A DNA stretch of 64,000 nt from Burkholderiaceae bacterium (GTDB lineage Bacteria > Pseudomonadota > Gammaproteobacteria > Burkholderiales > Burkholderiaceae_C). This document shows, in pieces, positions 30,052-38,140 of this stretch; position 1 is the stretch's first letter, and each line of letters opens with the position of its first letter. The stretch spans positions 191,568-255,567 of the forward strand of contig JAYRSJ010000002.1 in the NCBI GenBank assembly GCA_041920215.1, read 5' to 3'. Under the pieces are notes generated by a model, which was not told where the DNA came from, ran no database searches, and worked only from the letters and a program-made list of their open reading frames with translations. The translations under genes and the position numbers were made by a program.

Positions 30052-30146
30052 AGCCGGGGCTGCAGGCGGGCGGAGCCGCTCAAGCCTTATGCTCTGCGCC
30101 GCGTTGCCCCAGCCCTCCCTCCAGCCATCGCCTAGCGCCTGCCCGC

Positions 30147-31916
30147 ATGAGCAACAAGTCCGCCGCCTCAGTTCCCTCCGACAAAGCCCGCTGGGAGCGC
30201 CTCGTGATGCGCCGGCCCGGCCTGGCCCTGCCGCGTCTGCGCCGGGCCATGGCCAGCGCCGACGGGGCCCAGGCGCGCGCCGCATTGCTGGGCCTGTTCT
30301 TCGTGCAGGAGCGCCTGGGCCGGGCGGCCGAGCTGCAGGGCGAGCTGCAGCAGGCCTTGCTGGCCGCCGAGCGCCAGCGTGCGCTGGCCGAGGCGGCCGA
30401 GCTCAGCGAGGCCCTGGGACGTCTGCATTACCAACGCGGTGACTATGCCCAGGCCTGCAATGCCTGGAGCCAGACCCTGGACTGGGCCGCCGACGATTCG
30501 CGCAGCGCCTGTCTGGCCCGCATCGGCCTGGCCCATCTCTGCTATGCGCTAGGCGACTGGGCACGTGGGGGCCGGGTGCTGGACCAGGCCGAGCTGCACT
30601 ACCCCCGGCTGGGCCGCGACCCCTATCTGCGCGCCAAGATCGCGCTGAACCGCGCGGTCTCGCTGCGCGCCACCCAGGGGCCGCAGGCGGCGCTGGGGGC
30701 GCTGGACGAGGCCCTGGCTGCCGCCCGCAAGGCTGGCCACCGCGACTACCAGGCCGAGGCCATCTGGCAGCAGGCGCGCTGTGCGCGCGACAGCGGCGAC
30801 GCGCTGCTGGCCGGCCGCCTGGCCCAGCGTGCGCTGGCCAAGGCCCAGCGCTGCGGCTATCGCTGGCTGCAGGCCCAGGCGGCCCTGCTGCTCAGCGAGC
30901 TTGGTGCCGGCGATGTCGCGCTGGGCTGGGCCGGCCAGGCCCTCAGCCTGGGCGAGGCCCTGCAGTCGCGCGCGGTGCAGGCGGCGGCGCATGGCCGGCT
31001 GGCCGAGCTGATGCAGGCCCAGGGCGAGCTGGGTCCGGCCTGGCACCACCAGCAGCAGCGCCAGCAGCTGGAGGCCACGCTCAACCAGGGCCAGCTGCCC
31101 ACCCGGCTGGAGGCCCTGGCCCGTTTCGACACCGACCCCGGTGGCGCCGATGCGCTGCTGCTGGCCCTGGCCGGCCAGGCCTGGCGCATCGAGGAGCCGG
31201 CCGATCTGGAGGCCGCCTGGGTCACGATGCAGCCGCAGCTGCTTGAGGCGCTGGACTTGCTCGATCTGCAGCTGTGGTGGGACCGTGGCGGCGACGGCCA
31301 GTACCAGGCCCTGCCACCGGCCGAGGCGGGTGCCGGCGCTGCCCGCCTGGCGGCCCAGACGCTCAAACCCTATCTGGCCGCCCTGGCCCGGCCCGAGGAG
31401 CCGCTGCTGTGCCCGGACGCGGCCCAGCACCCCTGGGCCGCGGCGCTGGGCCTGGGCCCGGGTCTGCATCAGGCGCGGCTGGAGCTGGGCCTGCGCCAGG
31501 GGGGGCGTCTGGTGGGCTGGCTGTGGGCGCTGCGGTCCGAGGGCGCCAGCTGGCCGCGCGCCGATATCAGCCGTGCCCTGCGGCTGGCCGGGCTGCTGGA
31601 GCGCCTGCTGGAGCAGCTGCAGCAGGCGCGCGAGCGCGAGGCCGCGCGTTCGGCAGCGGGCCAGCAGGCCCGCGCGCTGAGCCAGCGCCTGACCGCGCAG
31701 CTGCAGCAGGCCCGGCAGCCGCTGGAGCTGGCGCTGGGCCAGTCGGCCACGCTGGCCGGCAGCCTCCAGCGGCTGCAGCAGCTGGCCGAGTCCGGTGGCG
31801 GCGCTGTGGAGGGGGCCGAGCTGGCCCGGCTGGGCGCCGAGCTGAACGCCGGCCTGGCCCAGATCGAGGGCGAGCTGCGCCGCAGTCTGCGGCTGCTGGC
31901 CGAGCTGCGCCCCTGA
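30147..31916 (+). CDS. TPR-like repeat protein with Gln/Leu/Ala-rich coiled-coil C-terminus; no recognisable output domain
   Basis: 589 aa. Repeated 'A..LG.....GD...A' helical-repeat units (for example 'ALGRLHYQRGDYAQACNAWSQTL' and 'LCYALGDWARGGRVL'). The C-terminal 120 aa are heptad-like. I saw no GGDEF, EAL, HATPase or HTH motif. Confidence 0.6.
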   Translation: MSNKSAASVPSDKARWERLVMRRPGLALPRLRRAMASADGAQARAALLGLFFVQERLGRAAELQGELQQALLAAERQRALAEAAELSEALGRLHYQRGDYAQACNAWSQTLDWAADDSRSACLARIGLAHLCYALGDWARGGRVLDQAELHYPRLGRDPYLRAKIALNRAVSLRATQGPQAALGALDEALAAARKAGHRDYQAEAIWQQARCARDSGDALLAGRLAQRALAKAQRCGYRWLQAQAALLLSELGAGDVALGWAGQALSLGEALQSRAVQAAAHGRLAELMQAQGELGPAWHHQQQRQQLEATLNQGQLPTRLEALARFDTDPGGADALLLALAGQAWRIEEPADLEAAWVTMQPQLLEALDLLDLQLWWDRGGDGQYQALPPAEAGAGAARLAAQTLKPYLAALARPEEPLLCPDAAQHPWAAALGLGPGLHQARLELGLRQGGRLVGWLWALRSEGASWPRADISRALRLAGLLERLLEQLQQAREREAARSAAGQQARALSQRLTAQLQQARQPLELALGQSATLAGSLQRLQQLAESGGGAVEGAELARLGAELNAGLAQIEGELRRSLRLLAELRP

Positions 31917-31934
31917 GCCGCGGGCGTTGGGCCC

Positions 31935-32396
31935 TCAGAGCCCCGCCCGCAGCGGCAGCGGCGCACCGCTCTTGACACTGCGGATCGCGAAGCTGCTGGT
32001 GATGTCCTGCACCATGGGCAGGGCCTGCAGCCGGCGCACGACCAGCTCATAGTCGGCCAGCTCGCCCACCACCACCTCCAGCAGATAGTCGTGGGCGCCC
32101 GAGACCACATGGCAGGCCACCACCTCGGCCATGGCCTGCATGGCGGCCTCGAAATGCTGGACCGCGTCCTCGCGGTGATGCATCAGCCGCACATTGACGA
32201 AGACCGTGGTCGCCAGCTGCACCGCCCGCCGGTCCAGCACCGCGCGGTAGCCGGCGATCAGGCCGCTGTCCTCCAGGCGCTTCAGGCGACGTGCGCAGGG
32301 GCTTTGCGACAACGCCACCCGTTCGGCCAGCTCGGCGATCGAGAGCCGGCCCTCGCGTTGCAGCAGTTCCAGCAGTTGCAGATCGATGCGGTCCAT
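31935..32396 (-). CDS. Lrp/AsnC-family transcriptional regulator
   Basis: Track ORF trimmed to 'MDRIDLQLLELLQREGRLSIAELAERVALSQSPCARRLKRLEDSGLI' (ATG at 32396). It has an HTH_AsnC N-terminus plus a RAM/ASnC_trans_reg C-terminus and is 153 aa. Confidence 0.9.
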   Translation of the reverse strand: MDRIDLQLLELLQREGRLSIAELAERVALSQSPCARRLKRLEDSGLIAGYRAVLDRRAVQLATTVFVNVRLMHHREDAVQHFEAAMQAMAEVVACHVVSGAHDYLLEVVVGELADYELVVRRLQALPMVQDITSSFAIRSVKSGAPLPLRAGL

Positions 32397-32535
32397 GAGA
32401 AAGCCTGAAATCGCCAAAGAACGGCATTCTAGAGACTGAATCTGGCGCAATCTCCAGGATTGACAGGCAGGATTGGCGATTGGCGCCGGCGCAAGCGCCG
32501 GACAATCGCCAGCGTCCAATCCTCGGTAATTACCC

Positions 32536-33489
32536 GTGTCCACTCCCCGTTCTGGCCCCAGTCCTGCCGCCGCTGCGCCGCTGGCCACCCTCAACACCCG
32601 CAGCTTTGGCCGGCGCAACGACGGCCTGTGGCTGGGCTGGGCGGCGCTGGGGCTGACGCTGTGCATCTGGGCCGGCTTCTTCATCTCGCTGCGCGCCGGC
32701 GCCCGGGCGGCGCTGCCGCCGGCCGAGCTGGCCTTGATCCGCTTCGGCCCGGCCGGCCTGCTGTTCGCGCCGATCTTGTGGCGGGCGCGCCGGCGCATCC
32801 TGGCCCTGCCCAAGCGCCTGCTGGGTCTGATCGTGGCCGGCGCCGGCCTGCCCTACTTCCTGATCGCGGGCTGGGGCATGCGCCATGCGCCGGTGGCCGA
32901 GGGGGCCACGCTGATCCCGGGCACGCTGCCGCTGTTCACCGCGCTGCTGGCGGCCGTCGCGCTCAAGAGTCGTGCCACGACGGCGCGCTGGCCGGCCCTG
33001 CTGTGCATTGCCGCCGGTGTCGCGGCGATGCTGGCGCTGCAGGCCGGGCAGGGTGACAAGGCCCAGGGCTATGCGCTGTTCCTGCTGGGCAGCCTGATGT
33101 GGTCGGCCTACACGCTGGCCCTGCGCGAGGCCCGGCTGGCGCCGATCGAGGCGGCCGCGCTGATTTCCAGCGTCTCGCTGGCCTTGCTGGCGCCCTGGCT
33201 GCTGTGGCAGACGGCGCAGGCGCCCTTGCAGCTGGTCCATCTGGGCCAGGGCCAGCTCCTGCTGCAGCTGGGTCTGCAGGGCCTCGGCGTGGGCCTGGTC
33301 TCCACCCTCAGTTACGGCTATGCGGTGGCCCGCCTGGGCGCCCAGCGCAGCGCCACCGCCGGCGCGCTGACCCCCGTGCTGGCCACCGTGCTGGCCCTGC
33401 CGCTGTTCGACGAGCGACCCGATGTGGTGACCATGGTCGGCATGCTGCTGATCGCGGCCGGCGTGCTGTGGAGCCAGCGGCCGCGCTGA
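32536..33489 (+). CDS. DMT-superfamily (EamA-like) transporter
   Basis: 317 aa with about 10 hydrophobic segments in two halves. It is divergent from the Lrp regulator, a classic Lrp/exporter pairing. The start codon (GTG at 32536) is uncertain. Confidence 0.7.
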   Translation: MSTPRSGPSPAAAAPLATLNTRSFGRRNDGLWLGWAALGLTLCIWAGFFISLRAGARAALPPAELALIRFGPAGLLFAPILWRARRRILALPKRLLGLIVAGAGLPYFLIAGWGMRHAPVAEGATLIPGTLPLFTALLAAVALKSRATTARWPALLCIAAGVAAMLALQAGQGDKAQGYALFLLGSLMWSAYTLALREARLAPIEAAALISSVSLALLAPWLLWQTAQAPLQLVHLGQGQLLLQLGLQGLGVGLVSTLSYGYAVARLGAQRSATAGALTPVLATVLALPLFDERPDVVTMVGMLLIAAGVLWSQRPR

Positions 33490-33559
33490 GGCCAGCGGCT
33501 CATGGGGTCAGGTCTGAACAGGCCTGACGCCGGGTGATGCGCTCCGCTATGCTTGGCCC

Positions 33560-34057
33560 ATGAGCGAGAGCGCCACCTTGTCCCGCCCCCACAAGATTCC
33601 CGAGTCCGTGCTGGTGGTCATCCACACGCCGGAGCTGCAGGTGCTGATGCTGGAGCGGGCCGACCGGCCCGGCTTCTGGCAGAGCGTCACCGGCTCGCTG
33701 GACGCGCCGGACGAGGCCCTGGACGCGACCGCGCGCCGCGAGGTGCTGGAGGAAACCGGCATCGACAGCACGGCCCAGGGCGCCCTGCTGCGCGACTGGG
33801 GCTTGGTCAATGTCTACGAGATCTATCCGGTCTGGCGCCACCGCTATGCGCCGGGCGTGACCCACAACACCGAGCATGTGTTCGGCCTCACCGTGGCCGC
33901 CGGCACGCCGGTGCGCCTGGCGCCGCGCGAGCATCTGCAGTACCGCTGGCTGCCCTGGCGCGAGGCGGCCGATCTGTGCTTTTCGGCCTCGAATGCCGAG
34001 GCCATTCTGCAGCTGCCCCGTTTCGCCCCCAGCCCCCCGCCGCCCGCCCCTCTATGA
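33560..34057 (+). CDS. nudB: Dihydroneopterin triphosphate diphosphatase (Nudix)
   Basis: 165 aa. 'PESVLVVIH', 'FWQSVTGSL' and the Nudix box 'A.REVLEETGI' match the NudB/NtpA type. Confidence 0.85.
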   Translation: MSESATLSRPHKIPESVLVVIHTPELQVLMLERADRPGFWQSVTGSLDAPDEALDATARREVLEETGIDSTAQGALLRDWGLVNVYEIYPVWRHRYAPGVTHNTEHVFGLTVAAGTPVRLAPREHLQYRWLPWREAADLCFSASNAEAILQLPRFAPSPPPPAPL

Positions 34058-34863
34058 AGCCTGCCTTCAAGCACAGCGTCACGCCCCAGGCGCCCGCCAG
34101 CACCCTGCTGAGCCCGCATCTGCGGGTGGCCACCTACAATATCCACAAGGGCGTGCGCGGCGTGGGGCCGCGCAAGCGCCTGGAAATCCACAACCTGGGC
34201 CTGGGCGTCGAGGCGCTGGATGCGGATCTGGTGTTTCTGCAGGAGGTGCGCCATTTCCACCATCGCGAGGCCAAGCAGTTCGAGCGCACCTGGTTCGGCT
34301 GGCCGGATCAGGGGCAGGCCGAGTTCCTGGCGCCCGAGGGCTATGCGGTGGCCTACCGCACCAATGCGGTCACCAAGCATGGCGAGCATGGCAATGCCCT
34401 GCTGTCGCGCTGGCCGATCGCCGATGTGGGCCACCATGATGTGTCCGACCACCGCTTCGAGCAGCGCGGCCTGCTGCATGTGACGGTGCGCTGGCAGGAG
34501 CTGACCGTCCATGCGGTCGTGGCCCATCTGGGCCTGATGCATGGCAGCCGGGTGCGCCAGGTGCAGCGCCTGGCCGAATATCTGGCCGCCGAGGTGCCGC
34601 CGGACGGTCTGCTGGTGGTGGCCGGTGACTTCAACGACTGGGGCGAGAAGCTGGACGCGCCGATGCGCGAGCATGGCCTGGGCCGGGCCGAGGCGCCGGG
34701 CGCACGGCGTCTGGCCACCTTCCCCTCGCGCCTGCCCTTTTTCTCGCTGGACCGCATCTACACCCGCGGCCTGCGCTGCGTCAGCACCCAGGTGCCCAAG
34801 GGGCCGGCCTGGGCACGCATGTCCGACCACCTGCCGCTCGTCGCGGAGCTCGAGCTGGCGTGA
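34054..34863 (+). CDS. Endonuclease/exonuclease/phosphatase (EEP) family protein, YbhP-like
   Basis: The ATG at 34054 overlaps the nudB stop (ATGA). 'LRVATYNIHKG', 'DLVFLQEV', 'GNALLSRWPI' and 'VVAGDFNDW...SDHLPLVAEL' are EEP motifs. Confidence 0.85.
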   Translation: MKPAFKHSVTPQAPASTLLSPHLRVATYNIHKGVRGVGPRKRLEIHNLGLGVEALDADLVFLQEVRHFHHREAKQFERTWFGWPDQGQAEFLAPEGYAVAYRTNAVTKHGEHGNALLSRWPIADVGHHDVSDHRFEQRGLLHVTVRWQELTVHAVVAHLGLMHGSRVRQVQRLAEYLAAEVPPDGLLVVAGDFNDWGEKLDAPMREHGLGRAEAPGARRLATFPSRLPFFSLDRIYTRGLRCVSTQVPKGPAWARMSDHLPLVAELELA

Positions 34864-36155
34864 GCGGGCCGCTGTCGGCCGAGCGCGAGGCCCTGCTGTC
34901 CTGGCATGCGGTGCCGCTGCCCGCCTATAGCGGCGGCAACGAGGTGCAGTTGCTGCGCGGCGGCGATGCGTTGTTTCCGGCCCAGATCGCGGCGATACGC
35001 GCGGCCCTGCACGAGGTCTGGGTCGCCACCTACATCTTCCACCACGACAGCGCTGGCGCCGAGCTGGCGGCGGCGCTGCGCGCCGCCGCAGCCCGCGGGG
35101 TGCGGGTGCGCCTGGTGGTCGACGGCTTCGGCTCCAAGGCCAGCCTGCCCTGGCTGGAGCAGCAGTTGGCCGGCTCGCGGGTGGCGCTGGCGGTGTTCCG
35201 GCCCATCGACCGCTGGTGGCGCTGGCTGCAGCCGGGCCAGCTGCGCCGCCTGCATCAGAAGCTCTGCGTGGTCGACGGCGAGCGCGCCTTCGTCGGTGGC
35301 ATCAACATCATCGAGGACCGGCGCGACCTGAATCACGGGCAGACGGAGCTGCCGCGTCTGGACTATGCGGTGGCGCTGCGCGGTCCGGTGGTGCAGCCGG
35401 TGGCCCAGGCGGCGCGTGCGGTCTGGACCCGCGCCTGGCTGGGCCGCGACTTCGGCGAGGAACTGCTGGCCCTGGTGCGCAGCCCCGAGCCGGTGGCGCG
35501 GCTGCGCCGCCTGGCGCGGCGCCTGAAGATGCCGCGCGGCCTGCGCCGCCGCGCAGGCCTGCAGGCCGGGCAAGACCTGGCCCCGGTCTGCGCCGCCTTC
35601 GTGCTGCGCGACAATCTGCGCCAGCGCCGCACCATCGAGCGCGCCTATATCGACGCGATCCGCGCGGCGCGCGAGCAGGTGGCGCTGATCACCCCTTATT
35701 TCTACCCCGGCCATGGCTTTCGCCGCGCGCTGCGCGATGCGGCGCGGCGCGGCGTGCGGGTGCGCCTGCTGCTGCAGGGCAAGGCCGACTACCGCATCGC
35801 GGCCATGGCCGCCCAGGCCCTCTATGCCGAGCTGCTGGGTCATGGCGTCGAGATCTACGAGTACACGCCGGCCTTTCTGCATGCCAAGGTCTGCGTGGTC
35901 GACGCGGACTGGGCCACGGTGGGCAGCAGCAATATCGACCCGATCTCGCTGCTGCTCAATCTGGAGGCCAATGTGCTGGTGCGGGACGCTGACTTCGCCC
36001 GTCAGGTGGCGGCCGAGTTCGAGCAGGCGGCGGCCCAGTCGCGCCGGGTCGGCAAGCAGCAGGCCCAGGGCTGGCGGGCCATCCTGGTCCGGGCCCTGGT
36101 GGCCTGGGCCGCCTATGTCTATCTGCGGGTGGCCGGTGCGGTGGGGCGCTACTGA
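34860..36155 (+). CDS. clsB: Cardiolipin synthase ClsB-type (phospholipase D superfamily, two HKD motifs)
   Basis: The GTG at 34860 overlaps the EEP stop (GTGA). HKD motifs are 'HQKLCVVDGERAFVGGINI' and 'LHAKVCVVDADWATVGSSNID'. The EEP-clsB order matches E. coli ybhP-clsB. Confidence 0.88.
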   Translation: MSGPLSAEREALLSWHAVPLPAYSGGNEVQLLRGGDALFPAQIAAIRAALHEVWVATYIFHHDSAGAELAAALRAAAARGVRVRLVVDGFGSKASLPWLEQQLAGSRVALAVFRPIDRWWRWLQPGQLRRLHQKLCVVDGERAFVGGINIIEDRRDLNHGQTELPRLDYAVALRGPVVQPVAQAARAVWTRAWLGRDFGEELLALVRSPEPVARLRRLARRLKMPRGLRRRAGLQAGQDLAPVCAAFVLRDNLRQRRTIERAYIDAIRAAREQVALITPYFYPGHGFRRALRDAARRGVRVRLLLQGKADYRIAAMAAQALYAELLGHGVEIYEYTPAFLHAKVCVVDADWATVGSSNIDPISLLLNLEANVLVRDADFARQVAAEFEQAAAQSRRVGKQQAQGWRAILVRALVAWAAYVYLRVAGAVGRY

Positions 36156-36159
36156 ACCG

Positions 36160-37305
36160 TCAGTGGGCCGGCGCGGGCAGCAGCAGTGGCTGCACGGTGA
36201 AGCGGTAGCGGCGCTGCTGCGGCCGGTACACCTTGCTGAAGCTGCGCATGTCCAGCGCCGGCATCGGGCCGGCGCCGAAGCGGCTCAGGTAGCGCTGCGC
36301 GCGCTGCGCGTCGAAGGGGATGAACAGCGGCTGCTCCAGCGCCACGCCCTGCGATGCGAAGTCGTGGCCGCGGTGGTGGTCGTAGAGCATCACCAGCGCA
36401 AAGGCGCCGGTCAGGAAATGGCCGCCGGCCAGGGCGCTGAGCCGGCCGGCCATCAGCGCCTGCATCGCTTCCACCGAGGTGTTGATGCCGGAGACATGCA
36501 GATCGCGGCCCGGCTGCAGACCCAGGGCCCGCGCCGCATCCATCACGCCGAAGGCCATCTGATCGCTGCCGCACCAGACCAGCTGGAGCCCGGGCGTCTG
36601 CGCCAGCTGACGCGCCGCCAGCTGCTGGGCCAGATCGCGGCGCCAGTCGGCCGCCACCATGGCGCGCATCAGCACCCGGCCCTTGTGCTCGTCGAGGGCG
36701 CGCTGCAGGCCCTGGTTGCGGGCGATCGAGACCGGGGTGCTGCGGTCGCCGGCAATCGCCAGCAGCTGCAGCGGTGCGGCCGTGCGCGGCCGGCCGCGCA
36801 GGCCGGCGGCGATCAGCGCCTTGGCGGTCAGGTAGCCGGCGTCCTCGGCGCGCGGCTCCAGGCTGCCCAGCAGCAGGGGCAGCGCCGGGCTGCGCGGCGC
36901 GAAGCGTTCGCGCTCCTGCGGCAGCAGGCCGCTGAAGGCGGCAAAGCTCCTGATGCCGGCCTCGCCCAGCACCCGGGCATTGGCCACCAGCGTGTTCTTC
37001 TCGTTGACCAGCAGCACATAGTCGGGCCGCTGGGGGGCGGGCCGGGCCGCCAGCGCGCGCGCCAGAGCCAGCGAGCGCTCAGGATCGCGCTCGGCGAACT
37101 CCTGGCTGAAGCGCAGGCCCAGGCTGTCGGCCGCGGCCTGCATGGCCTCGCCGGCCATGCGCCAGAAGGCCTCGTCGCTGCGGCCGGGATTGATGAAGTG
37201 CACCTGCTGGGCCAGCGCGGGCAGGCTCAGCAGGACGGCCAGCAGGCTCAGCACGCGGGCAATCAGGGGGTGGGCACGGCGCTGGACCAGGGGCTTGATC
37301 GGCAT
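36160..37305 (-). CDS. Periplasmic substrate-binding protein (type I PBP, sugar-binding-like), orphan
   Basis: Start at 'MPIKPLV' (37305) with signal peptide '...[10 protein letters not shown]'. It has an alternating beta-alpha PBP1-like pattern ('[14 protein letters not shown]', '[11 protein letters not shown]', '[13 protein letters not shown]'). No cognate permease or ATPase of the sugar type lies adjacent. Confidence 0.6.
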   Translation of the reverse strand: MPIKPLVQRRAHPLIARVLSLLAVLLSLPALAQQVHFINPGRSDEAFWRMAGEAMQAAADSLGLRFSQEFAERDPERSLALARALAARPAPQRPDYVLLVNEKNTLVANARVLGEAGIRSFAAFSGLLPQERERFAPRSPALPLLLGSLEPRAEDAGYLTAKALIAAGLRGRPRTAAPLQLLAIAGDRSTPVSIARNQGLQRALDEHKGRVLMRAMVAADWRRDLAQQLAARQLAQTPGLQLVWCGSDQMAFGVMDAARALGLQPGRDLHVSGINTSVEAMQALMAGRLSALAGGHFLTGAFALVMLYDHHRGHDFASQGVALEQPLFIPFDAQRAQRYLSRFGAGPMPALDMRSFSKVYRPQQRRYRFTVQPLLLPAPAH

Positions 37306-37400
37306 CAGGCCCGTATTGTGCAATGCAGGCGTGCCATGATCGCCGCCTTGTCTTGACCGGCATCAAGGCGGCCGGCGGCCCTATCACCGACGCTAGACCC

Positions 37401-38129
37401 ATGCCCGAAACCATCGCCAGCCTGCCGCCGCCGGTCTTTGTTGCCCAGGGCCTCAGCAAGACCTATGGCGAGGGCGAGACCGCGGTGCGGGCGCTGCGCC
37501 AGGTTGATCTGCAGGTAGGGCGGGGTGAGTTCATCGTGCTGCTGGGGGCCTCGGGCAGCGGCAAGTCGACGCTCTTGAACATCCTGGGCGGGCTGGACGT
37601 GCCCACGAGCGGCACGCTGCGCTTTGCCGAGCATCAGCTCAGCGGTGCCAGCGAGGCCGAGCTGACCCGTTACCGGCGCGAGCATGTGGGCTTTGTGTTC
37701 CAGTTCTACAACCTGATCCCCAGCCTGACGGTGCGCGAGAACGTCGCCCTGGTGACCGACATCGCCAGCGATCCCATGCCGGTGGACGAGGCGATCGCGC
37801 TGGTGGGCCTGGCCGCCCGGGCCGACCATTTTCCGGCCCAGCTCTCGGGCGGTGAGCAGCAACGGGTGGCGATCGCGCGCGCCATCGTCAAGCGCCCCGA
37901 ACTGCTGCTGTGCGACGAGCCCACCGGCGCGCTGGACTATGCGACCGGCAAGCTGGTGCTGGAGGTGATCGCCCGCATCAACCAGGAGCTGGGCACGACC
38001 GCCATCGTGATCACCCACAATGCCGCGATCGCCGCGATGGCCGACCGGGTCATCTATCTGGGCGATGGCGCGATCCAGCGCATCGAGATCAATGCGCACA
38101 AGCTCAGCCCCGCTGAGCTGAGCTGGTAG
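37401..38129 (+). CDS. ABC transporter ATP-binding protein (MacB/LolD/FtsE-like)
   Basis: Trimmed to the ATG at 37401. Walker A 'GASGSGKST', signature '[14 protein letters not shown]', Walker B '[12 protein letters not shown]'. Confidence 0.92.
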   Translation: MPETIASLPPPVFVAQGLSKTYGEGETAVRALRQVDLQVGRGEFIVLLGASGSGKSTLLNILGGLDVPTSGTLRFAEHQLSGASEAELTRYRREHVGFVFQFYNLIPSLTVRENVALVTDIASDPMPVDEAIALVGLAARADHFPAQLSGGEQQRVAIARAIVKRPELLLCDEPTGALDYATGKLVLEVIARINQELGTTAIVITHNAAIAAMADRVIYLGDGAIQRIEINAHKLSPAELSW

Positions 38130-38140
38130 CGGACCGCGGC

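Noticed and set aside
32397-32813. 139-codon N-terminal extension of the Lrp ORF
   Set aside because: Lrp/AsnC proteins are about 150 aa and begin with the HTH ('MDRIDLQLLELL'). The extension has no homology and would consume the divergent promoter shared with the DMT gene.
36151-36164. Inverted repeat ACTGA-ACCG-TCAGT between clsB and the PBP gene
   Set aside because: It is largely a trivial consequence of two convergent TGA stop codons 4 nt apart. A 5-bp stem is too weak to call a terminator.
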